DNA from: Ancylonema sp.
Taxonomy: Eukaryota
Assembly (NCBI GenBank): GCA_050230475.1
Contig: JBFLGF010000052.1
Location: 62,001-104,340 of the forward strand
Length of the DNA stretch: 42,340 nucleotides
Reading direction: 5' to 3'
Part shown: positions 10,201-21,265 of the stretch, one piece after another
Numbering within the stretch: position 1 is the first letter of the stretch
How the letters are laid out: every line of letters begins with the position of its first letter
The notes under the pieces: generated by a model
What the model was told of the DNA's origin: nothing
Seen by the model: the letters and a program-made list of their open reading frames with translations, nothing else
The model's database searches: none
Made by a program: the position numbers and the translations under genes

Positions 10201-13200
10201 TGCCCGGACAGTCCTAGGAGGGGTCTTCTGGGCATGGCTTTCTTTTCACCCTCCCACCCCATCCCCAACCCAGCCCCCCAGCCCCGCCACCTGTACCTGT
10301 CAGTCCAGCTACTCCAGTACCCTCTTCCCCCCATTTATGTCAACGCCCTCATCGATTGCGGCGCGTCAGGAAACTTCGTAGACCCCACGCTGCTCGCTCA
10401 GCACCACCTGACAACCACCCCCCACCCCACACCCATCCAAGTGGAGCTGATTGATGGCAGCGCTCCATCCGCAGGCCCTATTACGCATTTCTACAAGGGC
10501 CTGTTGCGCTGTCTGGGCTCCCATACCGAAACACTCCAGTTTGACGTAACCCGCCTAGCCCACTTTCCCATGGTGCTAGGCTACTCTTGGCTCTGGCGCC
10601 ACAACCCGTCCATCGATTGGCAGGCAGGCGCTCTGCGGTTCACGTCCCCCCACTGCCAGAGTGCATGCCTGCCAGCCGCGCTCAGTTTCCCCCACCCACT
10701 TCTCACAACCCCCCCCCCCACCCCTGCCACCCCAATAATCCCCCCCCCTGCGCTCATTGCTGCCAGTTCCCTACCCATCCCCGCCCCCCCAGACCCTGAG
10801 CTGTTGTCTAAACTTCCCCCCGAGTACCACGACTACGCAGACGTGTTCTCGGAATCGGCGGCCAATACCCTTCCCCCTCACCGCCCCTATGATGATCTGG
10901 AGATACCCCTCTTGACAGGGAGAGAACCACCTTGGGGACCCATCTACCATGTTAGAACCGGAGCTGGCTACTCTGAAGCAATACATCTCTGACAACCTGG
11001 CAAACGGATTCATCAGACCATCTACCAACCCTGCGGGGGCCCCTGTCCTGTTCATTAAGAAACCCGATGGCAAGCTCCGACTCTGTGTGGACTACAGAGG
11101 TTTGAATGCGGCTACAGTAAAGAACGCTACCCCCTACCCCCCTCATACCTGAGATGCTGGATCGCTTGCACCGGGCGAAAATCTTTACGAAGATCGACTT
11201 GCGAAACGCTTACCACCAGGTGCGGGTGAAGGAGGGGGACGAGTGGAAGACTGCGTTCCGAACCCGCTACGGCCACTTTGAGTTCCGTGTCTGTCCGTTC
11301 GCCTGCAACGCCCCAGGCTGTTTCCAACACTTCATCAATGACATCTTTCGCGAGCACCTAGACGTCTTCCTAGCGGGTATGCTTGACGATATGGTGATCT
11401 ACTCGGCAGACCAGGAAGAGCACGTTACCCAAGTCCGCCAGGTCCTGGATATCCTACGACATAACAAGCTCTACGCAAAGATTGAGAAAAGTGCGTTCCA
11501 CCAGGACACAATTACCGTCCTCGGCTACCAAGTCTCCCCAGCTGGGGTGGAGATGGACCCGGCAAAGGTGACGTCTGTGCTCGACTGGCCTACCCCTATG
11601 TCTGTAAAGGAGGTGCAGTCTTTTCTGGGTTTCGCAAACTTCTACCGCAAGTTCATAAACCACTACTCTACCGTGGCCTGCCCCCTGACTACGCTCACCC
11701 GAAAAGGCGTGAAGTTCTGCTGGACACCAGAGGCCCAGGTCGCTTTTGACTCCCTCAAGCAGGCCTTCACATCTGCACCCATCCTCAAACACTTCCAACC
11801 CACCCTCCCCATAACCCTCGAAGCCGACGCCTCCGACTTCGGCCTTGGCTGCGTCCTCAGCCAGACGTCCGCTGCCGGCGAGCTACACCCCATCGCTTTC
11901 TACTCCCGAAAGTTCTCGGAGGCCGAGCTAAACTACCCCATCTATGACAAAGAGCTGCTGGCTATCGTCAACGGGTTTCACCAATGGCGCGTCTATTTGG
12001 AGGGCGCGGCTCATCCTATTGTGGTCTACACAGACCATAAAAACCTGGAGTACTTCCATGGCGCCCGCACTACCTCCCGCCGCCACGCTCGCTGGGCAGA
12101 GACACTGGCTGCCTACGATTTCACTATCGTCTACCGAAAAGGGGAGACTAACAGAAAACCTGATGCTCTCTCCCGCCGTCCCGACTACCTGCCAGACCCA
12201 ATCCCCGAACTCCCAATCCTACCCGATTCTCTTTCCCCAATTTCCCCCCCAGACGATTTTCCTATCCTGTTCCCCCCCCCCCTCCGAGCTGCTGCGCTTT
12301 TCATCTCCCCCACGGACCCCATATTACCTGTTATCCGTGACGCGCAGCTTCTCGACCCTGCCACTCTCGCCATCCGCGAACAACTGGCTATAAGATTTGA
12401 GGAGGAATCAAACCCCCTCGAACCCTCGGGCAGGTCATCTTCCTATTGTCTACGCAATGATTTGCTGTACCGACATCATCGCTTGGTCATCCCACCTACT
12501 GCTGTCCCTGATACTCCAAATCCTCAAGCAATTCCACGACGCGCCCCTTGCAGGCCATTACGGCGTTGCTCGCACGCATGCGCTCGTGGCGCAGGACTTC
12601 TACTGGCCGGGAATTTCTACTGCAGTGGAGGCCTACGTCCGCACCTGTGACACATGTGCGCGGAATAAGCCCGTCCGCCATGCATTGCCCTACGGCCTGC
12701 TATCCCCAAATCCTATTCCTGACAGGCCATGGAGCGGTATATCCTCCATGGATTGCACAGACCTCCCGCCATCTAACTACCACGATGCGATTCTCGTGGT
12801 GGTCGACCGTCTGACTAAGGCTGCTCACTTCATACCTACGACAAAGGCGATACCAGCTCCTGACGTCGCTGCCATTTTCTTGCGGGAGGTGGTACGGCTC
12901 CATGGCATGCCCTCCACCATCATTTCCGACCGCGATCCAGTCTTTACCAGCCGTTTTTTGAGACGGCTGCTGCAGCTGTGCGGTATCCACGCCAACCGCT
13001 CGACTGCGTTTAACCCTCAGACGGATGGCCAGACGGAGCGCCTCAATTTTGTTCTCGAGCAGTATTTACGCATCTACACCGATTACCAGCAGTCGGATTG
13101 GTCCAGTGTGCTGCCCATGGCAGAATTTTCCTACACCACTTCCCTACATTCTGCCACATCCCTGACCCCGTTCTTCGCCAACCACGGTTTCCATCCCCAA

Positions 13201-13779
13201 CTCTCCCTCCTCCCTCCCTCCCCGGACTCCCCAACCCCGTCGGCAGATGCGTACGTGAAAGTGATTCACGACGCGCAGATTCTACTCGAGACGTCTCTGA
13301 AAAAATCCCAAATCGCTATGGAGCGGTCGGCCAATCGCAAGCGTCGGGCTGCCCCATCCCTCCCGCCTGGCGATAAAGTATGGCTCCTCCGGCGCCACGT
13401 CGCTTCCACACGACCTTCTGCGAAATTGGACGTCCGTCGCCTCGGGCCTTTTCTTGTGATTGGTCCAGTTGGCTCCTCTGCTTTTCGCTTGGAGCTCCCG
13501 CCGTCCATCCGCATCTATCCCGTTTTCCACGTAGCGTTTCTGGAGCCATATGTGAAAAATCCTTTTCCCGGCCGTGACGTGCCGCAGCCTCCACCGGTCA
13601 TCGTGGACGGCGAACCCCAGTGGGAAGTCGCTTCGGTGCTGGATTCCAAATTCTTGCGTGGCAAGTTGTACTATCTCGTGGACTGGGAGGGTTTCGACGA
13701 ATCAGAGCGCTCCTGGGAGCCGGCACACAAATCTCTCACATGCGCCGCGGTATCGCGGATTTCCATCGCCGCTTCCTAG
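10192..13779 (+). pseudogene. pol: protease, RT, RNase H, integrase, chromodomain; split across ORFs by indels
   Basis: LIDCGA protease; [45 protein letters not shown] RNase H; H-H-C-C, SDRD, DGQTER, GPF integrase; WEVASVLD...YYLVDWEGF...SWEP chromodomain. Confidence 0.95.
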
Positions 13780-13814
13780 CCCGTCCGGCTACCCGCGCCC
13801 TGCGTTCCGCGCCT

Positions 13815-13824
13815 GAGGGGGGGG
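13815..13824 (+). other. Polypurine tract
   Basis: GAGGGGGGGG, 3 nt before the 3' LTR start at 13828. Confidence 0.85.
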
Positions 13825-13827
13825 TAC

Positions 13828-14630
13828 TGTTAGGACCCTGCTATAGTCCCTAGGGCTCTTAGCGAGTTCCCTAACCTAGTGTTAGGACTCTCTCTATTGT
13901 CCCTAGGGTTACCCTAGAGAGTGCCCTAACCTTTGCTAGCTCTTAGCTATTTATCCCGGTCGCCTAGTAATTCGGCCCTATTTTGGTTATTAGACCTCAT
14001 CATTAGTTAAACCTTTGTTAGGCCCTAACTTCCAGTTTGTCCTTGTATCAAGTGATTGCCCTTAGCTCTTCAATTTTCCTCTATAACGAGATCACTTCCG
14101 ACCCTAGTTTCAGACTAGTATTTACCGTCAGGAGTGCTCGTTATGCATCCTGATCAACTCATGTACTCCTTCATATTCATACTTGCACTTTTCAACCCTT
14201 CCAGCGTGTATCTGTGTTTGTGAATGAATGCTTTCCCATAAGCTAGAGCCGCCGCTAATGCGACTCTAACATAGTCCCTAGGGCTCCTTAGCGAGTTCCC
14301 TAACCTAGCGCTAATAACCTAGTGTGCTAGTAGCGAGTGTGTGTTCTTGTACCGCGACTTGGGTCGCTCGAGGGAGAGCTAGAGCCCTTGTAGAGTTTCG
14401 CTATTGTAATATCGAGTGTTGATCGTTTATAGCGACTAGTTCTGGTATGCGACTTCAGTTGTTCGGTTAGAGCGATACTCATTGTCCCACATTTGGAGTG
14501 AAGTCGCTAGCCGAGATTTCACTATATAGTTCGAGTTAGGATTGAGGATTTCTCACTCATAACCATCGTGTCATTTCCCTTTGTGAGTGTTCATCAAACT
14601 TAGATCCCTTTCCCCTTCCCGGGTCTAACA
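13828..14630 (+). repeat. 3' LTR interrupted by a nested solo LTR
   Basis: TGTTAGGACCC...GGGTCTAACA; homology to the 5' LTR resumes at 14272. Confidence 0.92.
13880..14271 (+). mobile_element. Solo LTR of a related chromovirus family
   Basis: TGTTAGGACTC...GACTCTAACA termini; shares CTCATGTACTC motif with the host LTR. Confidence 0.85.
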
Positions 14631-15434
14631 GGCTGCTTACAAATTTGCGCGAAACCACGCAGATTTCATGTCTGCGCACGAATTCCTCCCCTGCATGTAC
14701 GTGGAGGTGGATGTTGAGCTGGACGTTTTGGTTGCGATATGTAGCATTGAATACGTGTTATCCTCTCGACACCCATATTTGCTCCCTTTTTTTGTCGATA
14801 CGAAGTCTGCGCGAAACCGGGTGCAGCGGGGGCTGCCTGTTTCCCATCCAAACGTGGCGGGAGTGGTGCGGTCTGTTGCCGTTGGATTCTTGTGATTTTT
14901 TTGGCTAGGAGAAGATCGGTTGCCCTGGCGTGGTACGAATCCGTGTTCATCTATGCGAAACCATCGCACAGGATGCATGCATTCGGTGCATTTGGAATAT
15001 TTCCCTTGCATGATGACGTGTTGAGTTGTCTGAATGTTGAGGCGGATGTGTAACTGACTGTCGGACTCCCGTAACAAGGTGGATGTCGTGCTTCGATGGA
15101 TTGATGGATTGGATTCGGTCTTATCGGTCAGGAGTGATGTTATTGGTACACAATGATTGCACCGTCATTTGCTAGATCTTGTTGTCATAGCGTCAGGATA
15201 GACTTGTCATGCTACTCGAGATTGTCAAATCTTTTTAATTGTCGATCCGCTTGAAAAATAGCAATTTTTTGTAATTGTCGATTTTTAGTCGTTGTATCGA
15301 ACTCTGTCGTTATATGAGTTTCGATCACTCAAACGCTTGATTTGATAATTTTGTATTACTTATTGAATCTAGAAAAGTCGATGTACCACTTTTTAGATTT
15401 TAATCTGAAGATTTTGTCGTGTCGTCGAGTTGGT

Positions 15435-15515
15435 AGATTACTAGTGGGATTTGAACCCACACCCTTTCGGACAAGAGCCTTAATCTTGCGCCTTAGACCG
15501 CTCGGCCATGTCATC
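15435..15515 (-). tRNA. tRNA-Leu(AAG) copy, probably a pseudogene
   Basis: D, anticodon and T arms nearly identical to the 5689 copy; acceptor stem GATGACA / TAGTAATC is disrupted; no adjacent T-run. Confidence 0.75.
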
Positions 15516-16200
15516 GCAACCAGGGCGAATGTGTTGCTTTGTCGGAAATTAGGTTTCTTAGACGCTTAACTCTGTTTCTTCGAAAGTTCAGGCCTCGCAT
15601 GTCATGCTGATGTGCGAGGCCTGATCAACCCGGAAATCAGGATGATATTATCACACTGATTTTCGAATCCTGCCACTAGTACCATATGCGCATCATCCAA
15701 AATGGCAAACGCTACGGCCTGAGCCCATCAAACAAGATCCGACTTCACTGTTCGACTTTGGTCTTTAAGGTCATGTCTTCTTCAGTGCCGTTTTGTCGGG
15801 TAATTAAAGTTTTCCTTTGTGAAGAGTTGTGGGTGTAACGGGGTGATTTGTGTTTCTTTGTGGAGTGGCCCGGTACGCGAATTTGACGGCTGGGTGCCGA
15901 TAACCAAAACGGAGTGCGGATACACGTTCCCTAACCGGTATCTCCAAATTAAGCTCAACGATTTGCGAGGCTGTAGCGGATGCTCTAATTCGTGTTATGG
16001 CCCACCCAACACCCTCCCCCGCCTGCGACGCGAACGGGTCCAAATTTCGACCCACCCTGATCACTTAGTCATTTGGCGTTTGGCTAACACACGCTACCGC
16101 CCTGGGGAGGGTAACTTCCGCCCGCCAAATTTTTGGGCAGTCCTGCTTAAATGTATCGTAACGTGATATTTATTGATCGGATTCAATCGATTTTTTTTTA

Positions 16201-16791
16201 CAATAAAACCTGTCTAAAGGAATACTCTCGGGACCGGGATTTTATATTCCTTTAGATGAGTTATTCACTTAGACAATTTTGGCTCTAAATGTCCTAAAAC
16301 CCGTACCTATGTTCATACGACGGGAAACAAGCCAATATCGAGCTTAGAATCCGTTCAAACGTGTTTTACAGCTTCCATATGGGTTGACGACAATATTTTG
16401 TCGTGTAGCCAGTTCCAACAACCTGGGAGATGCTAAAGATCCACGAACGTAATTTTTTGACGTTGTATTCGACGTGGCGGGCACTCGTACTTCCCGCCCA
16501 AAATATTGCCCGGTCGCAATTTTATCGTGTGACGACTCCAATTGCAACTTCCCACAATCTAGGAGACACATATAATTGTACGGACATGTAAAAACTTGTA
16601 TAAATATGTACGGATTTGTACGGATTCCGTACATTATTCCTTTACACGTTCGCGGGTTGGGAAAAAATATTCCTTTAGAGAGTTATGTAGGTTTTGGAAT
16701 AATTACACTCGCCCAACATCGGGACCGGGAATTTTTATTCCTTTAGAGAGGTTATTCCTTCAGACAGTATTCCTTTAGATAGGTTTTACTA
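16201..16791. mobile_element. pogo/Tc1-mariner-like MITE (element B, uninterrupted copy)
   Basis: TIRs CAATAAAACCTGTCTAAAGGAATACT / AGTATTCCTTTAGATAGGTTTTACTA, TA flanks; colinear with 3291-4550 minus the LINE insert. Confidence 0.88.
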
Positions 16792-17788
16792 TATTACGTT
16801 AGCTGACCTCAAGACCTTCAAAACGCACGCTTTTTGGACATCATCCGATAAGCGGAAGGGGTTAACCCTTTTTATAGTGAAAATTCCGTTCTCTTTTGGT
16901 TCAGGTTTAAGCTCGGCCTACATGGGTTTTTTTTCGTTTTGAACCTTGGTCTCGATGTTTCAAGCCGTTCATTTTGTGATTTTGAACGGACCAGTTCAAT
17001 TTTGTCCAATCACTTTACACTAAAATTTCGTTCACTTTCACAAAATTTAGTTTGGTTACATGATTTTTGGGCGCCAAATTTAGCACATGCGGGGGGGGTT
17101 CGTCGACCACCGCAATAAACAATGAGGCGGCAGCTGGATACTGCTCATCACCGTCAATTGACCTGCCAGGCCTTCCAGACTTAGAATGGCAATTGCGTAG
17201 ACTCCTTCGATAGCATCAGGGAGTCGGATAGCGTTTTTATCAAAAACAACAAGATGGAGTTTCTCACTACCTTCTTCTCCCGGAATGGTCCGGAACTCTC
17301 TGGGTGCAATTGGTTCTAGTCCGGGACCGAAACCCAACGGAAATGTAATGTCGTGCATCAGGATCTCGGGATACATGCCCCCGATTTTTTTACAAATTTT
17401 CCCAGATATTTTCTGATTTTTTTTCACTGCACCGTTCACTTCATATTGAAAAATTCGTTCACTTTCCTTCATCTCAATTTTTGCCGCCGTTCATTCGTTC
17501 ACTTTTATTCAAAAGCCTTATCTCGAGGAATCCTGAGGCCGAGCTTAGTCCGCTCACTTTCTGGCCACTAAAACGCCCGTATCTCAACCGTCCGTCATCG
17601 GATTTCAAAATAAAAAACTGCGTTTTGAAGCTGTAAACAAAATCTAACATCAGATTTTTTTTTGAATAATAACATTTTTTTTAAAGAGTATTTGGAGCAT
17701 TATATCGGAAGCGGCGGTGCGTCGACCATGCGCCGTTCACTTTTTTCCAGGCTACCGCCAAAAGTTGTCTGACCCCTTGTGACCCCTT

Positions 17789-17836
17789 GTGTAGGATTTG
17801 AACCCACGCCCTTTCCAACATGGGCCTCAATCTTGC
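17789..17836 (-). pseudogene. Degenerate tRNA-Leu remnant
   Basis: Minus strand GCAAGATTGAGGCCCATGTTGGAAAGGGCGTGGGTTCAAATCCTACAC aligns with the anticodon-to-T-arm part of the other copies. Confidence 0.65.
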
Positions 17837-18191
17837 CACCCTCGTATCCATGAAATCGAAGTTGGGGTACCCAGCTCATGCTAGGTGACCGAGTTCCCGA
17901 CATTAATGTCCACATGGCAGCCGTACCGGCATACCGGACCTCGCACCGAGTTTGCGTCTGACGTCGCACGTGCGACCAATATACCTCCGCTGCAGCTGTG
18001 CGATCACGGTACAAGCGCACTCATCAGCATTCAAATGCTGTCATGATGCTAGACGCAGAGTGAGGCGGATTATCTGCCCCTCCGCGCTTCTGCGTTCCAG
18101 GCGTCGGAGTCTTCCGCTAGCGACGGCAGGCGCTTCTCCCAAAGCCACCTCGCCCCACCTCACCTCACCCAGTGGGCAGGCTGATAGCACA

Positions 18192-21100
18192 ATGGAGGTA
18201 AAATCGGACGACGAATTGCCTGCTCGGCCGCGTCCCCCCCCCCGTCGATCTCGACCTCCATTGGGAGTTTCGACCAGCGCCGCTGTTGGTTCGCTATTGT
18301 TCGGGTCAGCTCAGTCACTCTGTTGAAACTAGCCCTTCATATCGTGTTATTCCACGGTTCAATGTCCATTCAGGCGACAGACACGATCCTGTAATTGCAG
18401 CAGTACACGATTCGTACTTTTCCCAACCAGCTTACATGCCTCTCCCTGCTGTTCCGAACTGTAGTTGATCTCGCGCGTGGGTGACGAGGTGGCAGATACG
18501 ACACAGGGATCATCGGTGGCGCGTTGCTGTACATCGTCCCAGCCTTCTCCCTCGGGCACCAACCGTTTCTCCTAGGCGCAGTGGTACAAACCCACCCTCG
18601 TTCCCCTGCGATTCGGAAACGCATGGTGATGCAGTCGCGACAGCATTAGCCGGTGTAGACACCGTCGTTCGTTATAACACCACCCACCTGCCACCTGTTC
18701 CCGCCCCTCTCCCAGGTAAGCTCCGCCTTGGTCGGTGCCATTCTCGGTACATCTGCTGTGGGCCCCATCTCCGACGCCTTCGGCCGCCGACTCGCTCTCC
18801 TCGGAGCCGCCACGCTGTTCACAGCAGGTGAAAAAAACAGACCACTCTCACGCCGCTCACCGCAGGTGAAAAAAACAGACCACCCTCACGCCGTTCACAG
18901 CAGGTGCAAAAATTAAACAAATAAACAGACTCCTCGATTTTCCCCCCACACCCACCCCGCCCCACCCCACCCCCCGACCCCACCCGCCTCCCTTTCGCCC
19001 CCCGCCAGGTGGCGTCTTCATGGCCGCAGCCCCCACCGTTCGGACCCTCATCGCCGGTCGCTGTGTGGTTGGCACAGCAGTGGGGGCGGCATCCTCGGCT
19101 GTCCCTGTGTTCATTGCAGAGTGTGCGCCAGCTGGCGTGAGGGGCAAGCTGGCCACCCTCCCCCAACTCATGGTCTCCTCCGGCATCCTCCTGTCCTACA
19201 CCACCGCATTTCTCCTCTCACTCGCGGACCATCCCTCGTGGCGAATCATGCTGGGGCTCTCCACTGTACCTGCTGTGGTAGGTACAGGAACCTTTCCCCC
19301 CCCTCTTACCCCCCTCTTACCCCCCTTTTCCCCCCCTTTTCCCCCCTTTCCCCCCCCTTCTTTCCCCCCTTTTCCCCCTTTCTTGTACCTTTTTCCGCAT
19401 TATTTTCCCCTTTTTTTTCTATTTTCTCAACCTTTTTTCAACCTTTTTTTCAACCTTTTTTTTCCACCTTCCTTGACCCCCCCCCTCCCTTTTTTGGAAA
19501 CAACGAAAACAAGGCGTCAGTGACCCCATTGCTCAGTTGGATGCTGTGCCCCCTCCTTCTTTTCCCTCCAGCTCTTCTTCCTTCTGCTTCTGTGGCTCCC
19601 CGAGTCCCCCCACTGGCTCGCGTTACGCGGTCGGCGCAGTGAGGCAACAAAAGCGTGTATGCGTCTCGGACTGTCGCCCACAGAACTACCCGATCTAGGT
19701 ACTGGGGTACTGGGGTACTGGGGTACTGGGGTACTGGGGGGGAGGGGGGGAGGGGGGGAGGGGGGATGAGACTGGGGGGAAAGGAAAGAGGGAACAAGAA
19801 ATTGGGTATGAGAAAGGGAGGGGGATGGGAGGTGTTGGGGAGGGGAAAAGGGGAAGGGGGGTAGAAGGGGGGGAGGTCGCCAGTGGAAAGGGGGGAGGGA
19901 AAGGGGGGTTATATAATTTCCTTGTAGTGGTACTGAAGAGGATCCTCCCCCCCCTTGCTGCAGACGGGGGAGATGGGGTTGGGGGGTTGGCCGAGGAGGA
20001 TGTGCAGCTGCTGCAGCGCAGGCAGAGGGGGCAGGGGGGCAGGGGGGGGGTGGGTCCCCTGTGGGACCGCGTGAAGGGGGGGGTGAGGGGTATGGGAAGA
20101 GAGGTGGGGGACCTGATGGCCAACCGCGGGTCAAGAAACGCACTCCTGGTGGGGGCCGCACTGCAGGCGTTCCAGCAGGTGAGCAGGGGGGGAGGAGAAC
20201 TGGTTTCGATTACTCGAGCAGGGAAGCATGTGAGAGGAGTATTGTTTTCGTTTCTTGTAGCAGGTACGGGCACTTGGAGGAGTACTGTTCTCATTAAATA
20301 AGGAGCAGGTTCAAGCATATGAAGGAATACTGTTTTCAGTTACCGCAGCAGGTAAGCAAATGAGAGGAGTACTGATTTCGGTTACTGTAAGAGGGAAGCA
20401 TCTGGAAATGGAATTTCGGGTATTGCAGCAGGGACGAGCATATGACAGGAGTACCATTTTCAATAACTGCAGCTGGACATAAATATGTACCCACCATCCA
20501 AACCACCCCCCCAACCCCCCGCCCCCCCCCCTCCCCCAGCTGTGCGGCATCAACGCCATTGTGTACTACACCCCCCAGATCCTTGACCAGGCGGGGGCAG
20601 TCCACCTCATCCCCCTCAAAGAACAGTCAGCGTCAATTCTGGCCACCATTTGCGCCTACTCCCTCAAAATCCCCGCCATTTTCGTGGCCATGGCGCTAAT
20701 GGACTCTTTTGGGCGCCGGAAACTGCTCCTGGCTTCCATTCCGATTATGGCGCTCTCCCTAGGGGCTCTGTCGTGCGCCTTCGCGTTTCTGGGCGCGGAG
20801 TGGGTGCGGACACTTGTCGCGATCCTGAGCATTTCGGTGTACGGGATCTCGTTCGTCATGGGGTTGGGCCCCATTCCCACGATTTTGTGCTCCGAGATAT
20901 TTCCCACGCACATGAGGGGGACAGCTGTCGGGCTGGCAGTGGCCGTCAACTTCGGGGCGAATTTCGGGGTCAGCCAGGCGTTCCCGACCCTCATTTCTGT
21001 CGTCGGCCCCCCCCCCGTGTTCGGCGCTTTTGCCGGGGTGTGCCTCGTCGCGTGGCTGTTCGTGTTTTTTGCCGTGCCAGAGACGCGGGGACTGCCATTG

Positions 21101-21265
21101 GAGGAGGCATGCGCGTTGTTCGAGAGGAAACGACCCTCTCTGCCCCGCCCCCGGTGGGGCTCGGGGGAGGAATGGGTTGGGAACGAGACGCGGATCTCGA
21201 TGGGAAGTGTTGAAGGAGGGGGTGGGAGGAATTCGGAGGAGGCAGTAGAGCGGTTGGGGGAATGA
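18192..21265 (+). CDS. MFS sugar porter, tonoplast sugar transporter (TST/TMT)-like, 549 aa; exons 18192-18304, 18496-18583, 18716-18827, 19009-19277, 19572-19698, 19964-20178, 20540-21265
   Basis: All six introns GT-AG and phase-compatible (1650 nt spliced); motifs LLFGYDTG, SDAFGRR, AECAP..RG, PESP.WL, QQLCGINAIVYY, MDSFGRR, GPIP..LCSEIFP...RG, VPETRG. Confidence 0.9.

Larger units (their letters stand above)
8550..14630 (+). mobile_element. Ty3/Gypsy chromovirus LTR retrotransposon (Tcn1/Tf1-like), near full length, frameshifted
   Basis: Paired LTRs, 5-bp TSD GGCTG (8545-8549, 14631-14635), gag-PR-RT-RH-INT-chromodomain order, PPT. Confidence 0.97.

Noticed and set aside
11379..11390. RT catalytic motif reads MLDD instead of YxDD
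   Set aside because: GGTATGCTT can arise from GTGTATCTT by compensating indels, and this copy has many frameshifts; not evidence of a novel RT without a family consensus
15588..15624. 12-bp hairpin TCAGGCCTCGCA / TGCGAGGCCTGA
   Set aside because: No CTRR Helitron end or T-tract after it, and no second copy in the window
17080..17472. 130-aa minus-strand ORF
   Set aside because: Lies in GTTCA-rich repeat-like DNA; no recognisable motif or splice structure
19450..20318. Long Pro/Gly-rich ORFs on both strands
   Set aside because: Products of G- and C-rich low-complexity introns of the transporter gene
20175..20480. Spaced repeats superficially like a CRISPR array
   Set aside because: Degenerate contiguous minisatellite in a spliceosomal intron; no unique spacers and no cas genes
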